Below are positions 26,301-39,367 of a DNA stretch of 64,000 bases, in pieces; the stretch's first letter is position 1, and every line of letters starts with the position of its first letter. Both the position numbers and the translations under genes were made by a program. Origin of the DNA: Octopus sinensis. Its lineage: Eukaryota. Under the pieces are notes generated by a model that worked only from the letters and a program-made list of their open reading frames with translations, was not told the origin of the DNA and ran no database searches. The stretch spans positions 19,654,001-19,718,000 of the forward strand of contig NC_043007.1 of NCBI RefSeq assembly GCF_006345805.1. Direction: 5' to 3'.

Positions 26301-29300
26301 TTCATCATTTTTTCAGTCTGCAGAGAAATGGCTAAAATTAGCCATTTAAAATTATACCGTATGTTATACACATACATACATACATACATCCATCCACCCA
26401 CCCACCCATCCATCCATCCACCCATTCATCTATACATACATACATTCAGTTATATATAACAAGACAGAACTCGGCTGTGCCTTTATATCCCAGAAACTAA
26501 CTGATCATCCAATGAGTGAAAGTTACTCAGAGATAAAAAATGGTGAATTTTGATGACAAACTATTGAGCTGAATGCAGATGATTGCAGACTATACAAAGC
26601 GAAAGGAAAATCTAGTAAAAGCCAAGAAATATATCACTTTGGTATCTTCAAGACAAAACACACACTATTATTGTCTTTATTTCAGAAATTGGAGCAACCG
26701 GCATCCACTGCATAAACTGCATCCTGTTCCAAGAGATTTTGGGATATTCTATTAGCATAAAAAGTATTCATTAGGACATATTTTTGTAAACTGAAATTTG
26801 TTTAATCAGGCAGAAGAGCTCTTCTTCAAGAGTTGAGGGCCAGAGAAAGGGCAAGTCATTGAAGAGGCTGTAAACAGCGATGAAAGGACTTTGACCAACA
26901 AACAACTGAATAATTGCTTAACGAGCCCATTAAACAAACAAATAAACAACCAGTTAGTTAGTTGATTAGCTATTTAACCAATTGACTAACAATAAAGAAT
27001 TGATATGTGTTATTATTGGCATAATGATTTTCCCAAGGTACAACATTTTTGCTTATTTATTCATCTGGTGGAAAATGAAGTTTCAGAGGGAATGTGTGTG
27101 TTTATATTCACTTGTTTTGGAGTTAGTGTAACATCTCTAGCAAGATCAGGACCTCTTTGAAATATACCTATTTCTTTACTACCCACAAGGGGCTAAACAC
27201 AGAGGGGACGAACAAGGACAGACAAACGGATTAAGTCAATTACATCGACTCCAGTGCATAACTGGTACTTAATTTATCGACCCCGAAAGGATGAAAGGCA
27301 AAGTCGACCTCGGCAGAATTTGAACTCAGAATGTAACGGCAGATGAAATACAGCTACGCATTTCGCCCAGCATGTTAACGTTTCTGCCAGCTCGCCACCT
27401 TCTTGAAATATACCTACCTTTGAATGGTCTCCAGCCCAGCCCCTAGAGCCTTGCACCAACCTGCACCTGTCACATCAGAAGATTGTTGTTCTAGTTCCCG
27501 AGCAGCAGCAGTAAAGAACAGGCAGTAGATCTGAAATAAAGATGCAAAGCTGAGATAATAGAAATGGTTGAATCACAGACAAAACAGCTGGGATTTGGGT
27601 TTAGCCCTTTGGTTGTTTCTGAGTTGAGATCCTACTCAGGTAGACTCTTAGACCCTCCAGGGTCAATAAAAAATAAATACTGGAGTTAAACTATAAAGCT
27701 CTATACTCTAGACCAGTGGCCTCCTTGGTTCTAAGGTCACATTCCTCGTGCCCTGACCCCACTCACCATCACAGACAGACCATTTTTGGCATTAAATTCA
27801 AAACAGCATTTCATAAATAAAACATAACCTAAATAACCCTTTATTTTGTTTGTTTGTTTTTTTTACATCCACTACCCTATTTTGGTCACCCCATTTTTCT
27901 TCAGTGCCCCCACCCCATATCTTTCCACTGCCCACTTTGGGAACTACTGTTTCTAGACTGTGGCCAGAGTTCAAAAAAATTTAAACCAGTAAATAGCAAA
28001 TGTCTTCGAGCATGGCTTTGGACTGACCAACGCCTTGGGAGTGAATTTGGTAGATGGAAACTGTGTGGAAGCCCAGTTATATATATATGTGTGTGCATGT
28101 GTGTATTCATGTTTGTTTTCCCCCCACCACCACCACTCGATGACTGGAGTTGGTTTGTTTACATCCCCATAACTTAACAGTCTGACAAAAAGTTTGACAG
28201 AATAAGTACCAGGCTTAAAAATAAGTCCTGCAGTCAATTTGTTTGACTAAACTCTTCCAAGGTGATGCCCCAGCATGGCCGCTGTCCAATGGACTGAAAG
28301 AAGTAAACGATAAAAGCAAAAAAACCGATAATCTACAGCAGACTCTTTACTCACGGCTCCTGAGGTTCCGCCCATGCAGTTCTTTGCAATCTCTGCCAAG
28401 TCCTCAGCCAGATTGGTCCAGTTGTCCACGGCCAAGTGACACTGCTGCACCGTGTTCAGTCTTTCGATGACCGCTGATGGGAGAGAGGGAAATATATAAG
28501 CACAACAAAACCGACAGGTGTGGAGACAGGTGTAAACAGAAATACAAAAGGACAGGCTGGAGACCAAAGAATTTTGCAGCATCACCACCATCATCATTGC
28601 CACCATCAGTCATCATCATCATCCTCCTCTTTGTCATCAATATTGTGGTCATTATCATCACTAACAGCATCATTACCATCATTATGATTATCATTATCAT
28701 CATCATCATTGCCACTATTAGCCATCATCAATATCATCATCATCACCACTATTAGCCATCATCATCATCATCATCATCATCAGTCATCATCATCACCATC
28801 ATCATCATCTTGATCATCATCGTCATCGCCACTATTAGCCATCATCATCATCATCATCATGATCATCGTCGTCATCACTGATTTAATGGCTGATTTGCTC
28901 TGCTTCCATGGGTCAGATGGAATTTGTTGAGATGGGTTCTTTTTTCTATGGCTGGATGCCATTCCTGTTACCAGCGTTTACCCGTTTCCAAGGAAGGTAA
29001 AATCCATCTGCCCCATGTGTGCATGGAAAAGTGGATGTTGAAATGATGATGATGATGATGGTGGTGAAGGTGATGATGATGATGATGATGATGATGATGG
29101 TGATGATGATGGTGAAGGTGATGATGATGATGACGATGATGATGATGCTGATGATGGTGATGATGATGATGATGATGATTTGAGACATAAGGACATGTGT
29201 TTAATGGACAGACTGGCAAAGTGACAGAGTGGGGACATAGATATGAACAAGACAGGGGTGGAGGGGGAGGACAAAGGGACAAGAAGACATCTGGAAGGAG

Positions 29301-32300
29301 TGATATGTAGACAGGATGACTGTAGAGAGTTGGAAATAGGGAGGTGGGGGAGCTAAGTTGAAAAGAAGGGGGTAGAATGAAAATTGGAGTGAAAGAGAAG
29401 GGAGAAAAAGGGGACTGAGAGAGAATGTGAACAGGAGGGTCTAGTAAGAGAGAGAGAGAGAGAGAGAGAATGTGAACAGGGGAGACATATAAAGGAGAGA
29501 AAGAGAGACAGGCACACACAGGGAGAGAGGAAGAATGTGAACAGGGGAGACTAGTAGGAGATAGACAGAGAGAGAGAGAGAAAGAGAAAGAGAGAGAGTG
29601 AGAGAGACAGAGAGAGAGAGAGAGATGGACAGGCAGACAAACAGAATGTGAACAAGAGACTTGTAATGGAGAGAAAGAGAGGTAGAGAGGGAGAGCAGCA
29701 CACAGGCAGAACAGGAGAATGTGAACAGGGTAGACAACTTACCTTGGGCCCCACGTGCCAGGGTACTCCCACAATCCCCATCACCGCAAACAGTGTCCAA
29801 CTGATTCAGATATTCCTCATTCTTCAACAGAGACTCACAGACTCGCTTCAGCAGCTCATGGCGTGCAACATGTTTCACTGCAATAAAATAGTTTATAGTT
29901 GATGGTTGTTGTTGCTATTTAGCCCCAGGTGGACCCTAATTGATTAAACTCATGATCAAAGACATTCGAGTCAGGACTAACTTGGATAATGCATGTACCC
30001 TATAGTTTTTTTAAGACAGTAGATTGTGATTGATTTTGAGGGATATGTAGCAGCTATTTCTAGCAGGTCAAACAATCACTTAAAGACCCCCACCTTTGGC
30101 TCAAACAGATTTCAATTGTTGGTGCCACTCGTGACCATTCCACATTCTTATATATCCAGGACTATTACTTTTAAGGTGTTAGGAGATCATTTGAGGAAGA
30201 TTTAGCTGCTATTTGAAGCAGATCAGATGAACTCATCATCATAATCATTATCAACCTCATTTAACATCCATGGGTTGGACGATTCTAGAGAAATTGATGA
30301 GTCCAAGGGTCACATCACACCCAGTCTCTGCTTTTAGAATAGTCTGGATGACTTCTTAAAACCAACCACTTCTCAAAGTGTGCTGGGTGTACATACATAC
30401 ATACATACACACACACATGCACATACACTTATATGTCAAACCATCCAACTGACACCAGCATGGAAAATAAATGTTAGGATGTATTGGGTTGTCTGGAAAG
30501 TTTGTGCCGATCTATAGTAGCTTACCTTTCGACTTATTTTAGAACATGGTTGAGTCCATAAAATAGGATTTGACTACACCTCCATTTAGAGCACAGTTTA
30601 AGCTATCTTTTCGTGGAAGAAGATTTATGTTCCTATAATTTATGTTAATTTTGTAACCTTTTAAAATGGAAGATAAGAAAGTTTCATTTTTGGCACTTGA
30701 TGCTTTGGGAACCAGACAAAAATTGCTGCAACTCGGCTGGGAGGTGTTACCCCACCATCCATATTCACCAGATATTGCTCCTTCGGATTTCCACTTATTC
30801 AGGTCTCTACAGAATAGTCTTAATGGTAAAATTTTCAATTCCTTGGATGATGTAGAAAGATACCTTGATGAATTCTTTGCCATGAAACCACCTGAATTCT
30901 GGGAAGATGGTATTTAAGTTAAAGGAAAGATGGAGACGCATTGTGCAACAAAATGGTTCATATTTGGTTGATTAAAAATGTAATGGCAAGTATTTATTGA
31001 CCTTTTTCTTTCCTTTAAAAATCGGCACGAACTTTCCGGACAACCCAATATTTAATCTACCCTAGGAGTTTGTACCTTATCCACACTGTTAGGATGAAAG
31101 ACAAGACTGACCTCAGCAGGATTTGAACTCAGATAACGGAGAGCCAGAATAAAAACAACAAGAATTTCTACCAGACACCAATTTACAGCTGTCTTCCAGC
31201 CACAAGTGTATTATAGAAAGATACTTACCAGCAGAAGTGTTGGTCATCTTTGGCTTCTCAGTAAACGTGTTAGTTTGGACGTTGACAGTTGTAGGAGTAT
31301 GTCGGTCAGTGGTACCTACGGGTAGGTATGACCGAGGCCAGCTGGGTGCAGTGGTAGGAGCATCTGGGATAAAGGTCAATAGGGGTTGACAGTAGGGCAT
31401 CATCAGCAGCAATTTACACACAAACCATAATTAACAATTCCAACACATATACACACCACTATCTGTTGCCACCACTACTGCCGCCACCACTACCAATACC
31501 ACCACCACCACCACCACCACCACCACCACTACCAATACCACCATCACCACAACCACCACTACCACCACCACCAATACCACCACTGCTGCTACCACTACCA
31601 CCACCAATACCACCACCACCACGACCGCCACCACCACCACTACCACCACCACCACTACAACCGCCACCACCACTACCACCACCACCACTACAACCGCCAC
31701 CACCACGACTACCATCGCCACCACCACCACTACCACCACCGCCGCCACCCCTACCACCACCACAACCACCACTACCACCACTGCCGCCACCACCACCACC
31801 ACCACCACTATTACTACAAAGTACTCTGCCATAAACTCTCTGTTCTACCCATTTCCCTCCATCGCAGTTGTTGCTCCAATTATTGTTTAGCTTCAAGTCA
31901 GCCCTGACTCCGCAGACCAATGACTGAAGGTATTAGACCAATGGCTGTTTTCTTTTAATCAAACATAATTTGTCTCATACTATATTAAAGAATCCTCTTG
32001 TCTTTTTTATAAAGATAGGATGTCATTTATAAGAGGTTTGGTTGCTATTTCTAGCAGATTTGAGTGATTTTGTAGAGGTTTCTTCATTATCTCTTATGAT
32101 CATGCTGTTATTTACCCCAGGTCAACTTTAATCCACAAGGACTTCTGCTCAAAACCAATCCAGCTGTGACCATCCCATTTTTTTTTATTGAGATATGACA
32201 TGTCTAGCAGCACATCACCCAAAGTGACCCTTCATTTTGAAGATGGGAAAAGTGGGAATGATTTGAGGAATATTTAGCTACTATTTTTAGCATATTGGCT

Positions 32301-34410
32301 ATGTCTCTCCTTATAATAAAACGCAAAAATTGAGGTGAAAATAAGACACAGGTCTTTTACTTACCCAAGTATTTATTGTAGGTTTTGTTGAGGTGGAGAA
32401 GAGTTATGGAGACACCCCTCATATTTAGGGATGTAATGAAGGTACCACAGTAAACACGGCTGACACACAGACTCTTGTTGTATTCTGTGAAACAAATACG
32501 AAAAGAGACTGACCGAAGGTGAAAAGAGATAAGTCTTTTATATGCCTGAGCGTGTGTGAGTGAGTCTGGGTGTTCGTTAACACACCTGCACTCAAAGATT
32601 GTATTTAACGAGGAGCAAAGTAACATATCTCAGGGAGGGTTTTCATATGATTTCAAAACATAAGCTAAAGGGAGCCTTTTTCAACACATGGCTGTCTGCG
32701 TATTCCTTGAGTAGATACTGAATGCACTTTTGGCGAAGGACAAGAAGCCGAAGCCAAGAAGCGGAACAGACTCCCCGTAAAGTAGTGGTTTGGCAAAACA
32801 GACCAATAGAATAAGTACAAGGCTTACAAAGAATAAGTCCTGGGGTCGATTTTTTTGGCTAAAAGCGGTGCTCCAGCATGGCTGCAGTCAAATGACTGAA
32901 ACAAATAAAAGAATAACTGGAAAAGGTTGAAAAGCAGACAAAACTAGAAATTGAGGTAAACTTACCGAGATATTTTATAGTTTCTTTTGCAATTGTATTC
33001 AGTTCTATAGTTGTAAGGCCCCCTAGGTTATTGATGATACAGGCCACTTCCTCTCCTGAAAGAAATGTTGAGATAACACAGGCGAGAAAAACAAAACATT
33101 AAACAATCAACAAATGATAGCAATATGTGTGTGTATGTGTGTGTGTGAGTGTTTGTCTATATATTTAGAGGTATGAGGTATATAGTAATACCTCAACTAT
33201 CACGTGTGTTATGTTCCAAAAACCCCTGCGATAGGGGGAAATCCAAAACGTAGAAACAGTACTGTACTGTATATTTTTTTCATTTTTATTATAATTTGTA
33301 TATATTTATTTCATCATAAATGCAGAACAGGTTCAATCCCATTGCATGGCACCTTGGGCAAGTGTCTTCTACTATAGCCATGGGCTGACCAAAGCCTTGT
33401 GAGTGGATTTTGTACGCAGAAACTGAAAGAAGTCCATCATATATATATATATATAAACATATACATATATATACACACATACATATACACACACACACGC
33501 GCGCGGAAACCCCCTTCGGTCATGAATGACCATAGGATTGCACCTAGAAAGTTACCCTCCCAGGCACAAATCCAGGCAAGGTTGTTTATGGAAGACCAGC
33601 AGTCGCCCATGCATACCAGCCTCCCCTCTCCACGCCACCAGTGTTATCCAAGGGAAAGGCAAAGGGGCCATACAGCTTGACACCTGTGACGTTACAACTC
33701 ATTTCTACAGCTGGGTGAACTGGAGCAACGTGATATAAAGTGTCTTGCTCAAGAACACAACATGCAGCCCAGTCCGGGATTTGAACTCACAACCTCACAA
33801 TCATAAGCTTGACGCTCTAACCACTGAGCCATGCACCTTTACTCACACACACACACACACATTCACTTTACCTCATTAGAAGTGTTTTGGGTTCCTTTTA
33901 CCTGTCTTCAGAGAAGATATTCTCTAAAGAGGGACAAAGAAAAGACAAAAACACCTGTACTTAGGCAAAGTGGATTATTAAAATTAATCATTCATTCATT
34001 GAATGCACAGGACTTGAAAGCCCCACACATTCCCCCTTACTTGTAAGTGTTCTGGCATAGAAAGTGATCAACTGAAATTCCTGAATATTCTTTTAAGGAA
34101 TTCCTCAGTCTATCATTATTCCTGGTCAGCTCCCAGACTGTCCTTTTAACCAGTGACATGAGATGAGATTTGAAATTAGTTTGTAGAAAAGTAAGACTGG
34201 TAGTATAATGAATTTATTTCATCTGGTGCTGTAACATTCTGTTTGTTTATGAAGAAGGCAAAGATGGAAAGTGAAAGTAGACTTCAGGAGGATCTGAACT
34301 CTGTGTGCAGAGTGGAAGAACAAACAAGGAAAGGGCATTACATTTAATGATCTGACCGATTTGACAATGATATCAACACATACAAACAAACATCAGAGTG
34401 TATGTGTGTC

Positions 34411-34448
<38 letters not shown>

Positions 34449-34543
34449 TGTGTGTGTGAGTGAGAGAGAGAGAGTGTGTGTGTGAGTGAGAGAGAGAGAG
34501 AGAGGACAGATAGACAGACAAATAAGCAGACAGGTAGCTAGCT

Positions 34544-34574
<31 letters not shown>

Positions 34575-35573
34575 TAGATAGATGGACGGACGGACGAACG
34601 GATGGATGGATGGATAAACAAACATGCACACATTCCCACGTACAATTTACTGGTCATTTCTGTTATGATCATTTGAAATCAGAAATAAATAAATAAATAA
34701 ACAAATCAGAGTTAATTATCAGAATCAAATATTGGAAACATTGGAAGAAATTATGGATCTGGAATTGTTATTTTTGAGTTGGAGCCAAAAAAAAAAAACA
34801 CAAGAAAAAAACCTCAAGAATGAAAAACAAAAGTTCAACATTTTTGAAAGAAAACCTCTTGCCAAGATATACAGACACATCATCATTATTTGATATCTGC
34901 TTTCCATGCTGGCATGGGTTGGATGGTTTCACAGGATTTGGCAAACTACAGGGATGTGTTGAGCTCCAGTGTCATTTTTGGCATGCTTTCTACAGCTGGA
35001 TGCCTTCCCTATCGCCGACCACTTTGCACTGCATACCAGGTGCTTTTTACATAGCACCAGCACTAATGAGGTCACCATGGAATTTGCAAAACAGAAAAGG
35101 AACATACATATTAAACCACACACACACACACATGTGCATTCTCACATATGTTAATAAATGGAAATTGATTTATGCATGTATTATATGTTTTGAGTATTTA
35201 AAATGATTTCATTTAATGGCTCTGAGGGAGCAAGAGGATGTTGCACAAACACTCCGTCCTGAACAATTGCTTCTGATAGCAGAAACAGCTACAAACATAT
35301 AAATATACATACATATACACAAACATACACAAATATATATAGTATATCTTGTGTATTTAATTAGACATATTCTCTTTTTCTCTCTCTCTCATGATAGATT
35401 GGTAGCCACTACACACATTTTTTTTCTCGCCTTGTTTCTTTCTGTGTTCCTTTCTGTGGAAGAGCATAGGCTCGAAATGTAAAAGACTTTTTCTATTCCT
35501 GAGCGTTATACTAATACATCTGTTTTATTTTGTACACCACCTGTCTTCGTCTTTTGTTTTTTTCATGAATTCT

Positions 35574-35611
<38 letters not shown>

Positions 35612-35871
35612 AAATTAAATAAATGACAAAGAGAACAAGAAATTTGTAATGAACTTCATTAGCTTACAGCTGTTTCTGCAATTAGATGCAGTGCACTCAT
35701 AGATGCTTGTGTATCACTTTATAGCTTCGTTGGAGTTTCAAAACTATATATTGAGTTCTAAAACCAGGTTATTAGTATCATTATGCCAAGACAAAATATT
35801 AACATTTGTATGTGTGCGTGAGTATATCTATATCTATCTATCTTATCTATATATATATATATATATACATA

Positions 35872-35929
<58 letters not shown>

Positions 35930-36170
35930 TATATATATATATATATATATAGATATATAAAGCACCAACTGATCAAGGTTGTTGCCAGCCTCCTCTGGCC
36001 CCTGTGCCGGTGGCGTGTGAAAAGTACCCAGAGTGGTTGGTGTTACAAAGGACATCCAGCTGTAGAAACTCTGCCAGATCAAGATTGAAGCCTGGTGCAG
36101 CCATCTGGTTTGCCAGCCCTCAGTCAAAATCGTCCAACCCATGGAAGGCAGACATTAAACGATGATGATG

Positions 36171-36202
<32 letters not shown>

Positions 36203-39200
36203 GATTAGCGTGTGCAATGTAAATACTTATTCCCTGGGGGACCCACGCAACTCAGCACAGTCCAACACATCCCACCCTAACACATACCTGAAACTCACCA
36301 GATCTAGCCCGGAATCCATTGCAGTTATCAGGATTGAACATGTGATCCAGCATCACAGTCACAGCATCTTTGGCAGAGGAAAACTGAAATGCAGAGAGAA
36401 TTGTAGAAGGAATAATAATCAGTAGAGCAAGAAAAAAATCTCAAGAATGCAACTGCAATTTGCTAGAATGTAACCAAAATCACCAAGAAATCTGACCATT
36501 CAAAACTTTGTGAGGAACCAGATCTAACAACAATTTCATCTTAAGCGCACATTTTCAAGGCGAAACTATTCCTTTAAATTCAGCACCTTTTAGCCATTAC
36601 AGTTAACAGGTGGTCTTGTTTCAAAGGTGACCCGAGGCCTCTTACATTTTATACTACCAATTCTGAGCACGACAACGTTTCAAAAGGCGTAGGAGTGGCT
36701 GTGTGGTAAGTAGCTTGCTTACCAACCACATGGTTCCGGGTTCAGTCCCACTGTGTGGCACCTTGGGTAAGTGTCTTCTACTATAGCCTCGGCCCGACCA
36801 AAGCCTTCTGAGTGAATTTGGTAGACGGAAACTGAAAGAAGCCCGTTGTATATATGTATATATATATAATAACAAAGGGTAAAATTAATTAATTAAGAAG
36901 TAATCAATAATTTCACCAAGTAGAATTCGGCATGGAAATGACAATTTCACGGTAAGCTTAAGTAATATTTTATAATTAGGTTTCAGCAAAGATTTGCTGA
37001 ACCCTAATTATAATTATATATGTATGTGTGTGTATATGTTTGTGTGTCTGTGTTTGTCCCCCCAACATCGCTTAACAAACGATGGTGGTGTGTTTACGTC
37101 CCCATAACTTAGCGGTTTGGCAAAAGATATCGATAGAATAAATACTAGGCTTACAACGAATAAGTCCTGGGGTCAATTTACTCGACCAAAAGCAGTGCTC
37201 CAGCATGGCCACAGTCATATGACTGAAACAAATAAAAGAGTAAAAGAGTATCAAGGGGAAAAGGCTCTACTCATGGCTGTTGTCTGGTGGGGGTGGCTCT
37301 CTTGTGCTTCTGTGTGGCTATTTCCACCAGATTTCTAAAGAGTTTTTTGGAGAAACTTCTCCCTAGCGACCCAACATCGTCTGGAAATTTGTGTGCTGGT
37401 GGTGTGTTGTGTGTGGGTCTGACAAAATCTGAAATTTTCATGTCTGTATTGTGTTTCAAGTATGTCACTAGCTGTTCATTTTTCATGTTTATTGGTGTAA
37501 CGGTATTGGTGGTGGTGGTGTCTGTGTGTGTTGGTGTGTGCGGTGGTAGTGGTGGAGAAGGTGTTGCTAAGTGTTGTGAGTGCATGTTGTTGTTGTTGGG
37601 AAGCTCTATTTTCTTGCACCTCCCCAGTTTGTCAGTTGTTTCTTTATATTTCTTTTCTTTTTTCTTTTTCGGTGGCACTGTGTGCCACTCCCCTTTTTCA
37701 CTATCAGTACTCACACTATCAGCTGATTTGGTCAGAAAAGGGGATGTCTTTGGGGTCTGTTTCAGCAGTGTTTCGAAATGTAGTTTTATCTGATGGTATT
37801 GTTAGTAGTGTAATCTCTGCTGAAGTTGGTGTTCTTGTTGTTGGTGGTTTGTTTGTTTGTTTGTTTGATGAGCGAAGCGGTCTTTGTCCCTGTGGGAGAA
37901 GTCCGAAACGTGGTCCTTTGCTATTGGTAAGATCCGCAGAAGAAAAAGCAGGTCAACCCCTGACACCAAGAGCATCGACGGATGGATGAATGTGCATCCA
38001 GGCTCAGTGGTTGCGTAGGAAGTAGGGGACAAGAAACAGGAAGAAAGAGTGAGAGAAAGTTGGAGCGAAAGAGTACAACAGGGGTCGCTACCACCCCCTG
38101 CCAGAGCCTCGTGGAGCTTTAGGTGTTTTCGCTCAATAAACACACACAACGCCCGGTCTGGGAATTGAAACTGCGATCCTCTGACCGCAAGTCCGCTGCC
38201 CTAACCACTGGGCCATTGCACCTCTTGTTGTTGGGGGTGGTGGTGATGGTATCATTGTCTTCTTTGGTGTTATTGTCCTAGATGTTGGCGTTGGTCTGGT
38301 GATGGTTGGTGGTGGTGGTGTGGAAGGTTTTGGCTTTCGCTTCTGTGGCATCTCCTGTTGTTGTTGTTGCTGTTGCTGCTGCTTTTTCTTCTCTGCCTCC
38401 ATTCTTTCCTTGTAAATGGGACAATCCACTTTTAAATGTTTGTCACTGCTGCAGAAGGTAGCACTTCGGCCTTCGCCCCTCTACAGCAACATGCAGTCTT
38501 GTGCCGTCTGGCAAATTTATAGAATCAGGTATGGAATTTATGGTTTGTTGGTCAATCTGCGCGAGAAGCTGCATTCCCATACCTGACCAGTTCTGGCTGT
38601 GCACTTCCAAAATAGTGGCACTTGGTCAATTTTGATTTTCGTTAAGTGCCGACCAAGGTATGTCGTCTATCTGCAGAGGGTGTGGTGCACAAAGAAGGAA
38701 ACAGCTTACTGTTCTCTTCAAAGACATTTTGGCAAAAATTACAAGTTATAAAGTAAAAATTCAGAGTTTCAAATGAAAATGTCGCCCCTAAAAGGGGAAA
38801 ATTCTGCCTAACCGACAAGCTCTGCAAGAACCTAGTCGGCTTGGCTACACAAATATACAAAAATATTAATACTTTTAACAAATTTTCCAATGAAATTGGC
38901 CAACAACTTATGGAGCTTCATGTCCGTTGACTTTCGAAACAACAACAACAATAATAATAATAATAATAATAATAACAACATCAAAAAATACCTTAGGAAT
39001 GTGAACCCAGGTTTGAAATTTCCCCAAGACACCTGATGAAGCCTGGAGGATATATCAGCCAAAATGTTGTGTTAACAAGAAACAAGATGAGGACAAATAT
39101 CCGTCAAATGTAAATAATGTAAAAGAGAAGGATTCTAGGAATACAAGAATATGTCTAAGGGCAAAAACCAAACCAAAATAAGATGTCTTACCTTGAGTCT

Positions 39201-39302
39201 CTTCACACCTGCTTCTCCATGGAGACCTGAGTTAGAAAGATCAGTGGTTGGGATTACAAAATTGAAGAGAGAGAGAGGGAGGGAGAGAGAGAGAGGAGGA
39301 GG

Positions 39303-39367
<65 letters not shown>

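Noticed and set aside
26240-26425. Possible extra TKFC exon ([25 protein letters not shown]) after a good acceptor
   Set aside because: Ends in a stop, has no DAK similarity, and exons 13 and 14 already join in phase.
31459-31920. Gly-rich / Pro-rich ORFs resembling cuticle or extensin proteins (also 5487-5987, 40289-40986)
   Set aside because: Pure (CAC)n/(GTG)n microsatellite translations inside introns or intergenic DNA.
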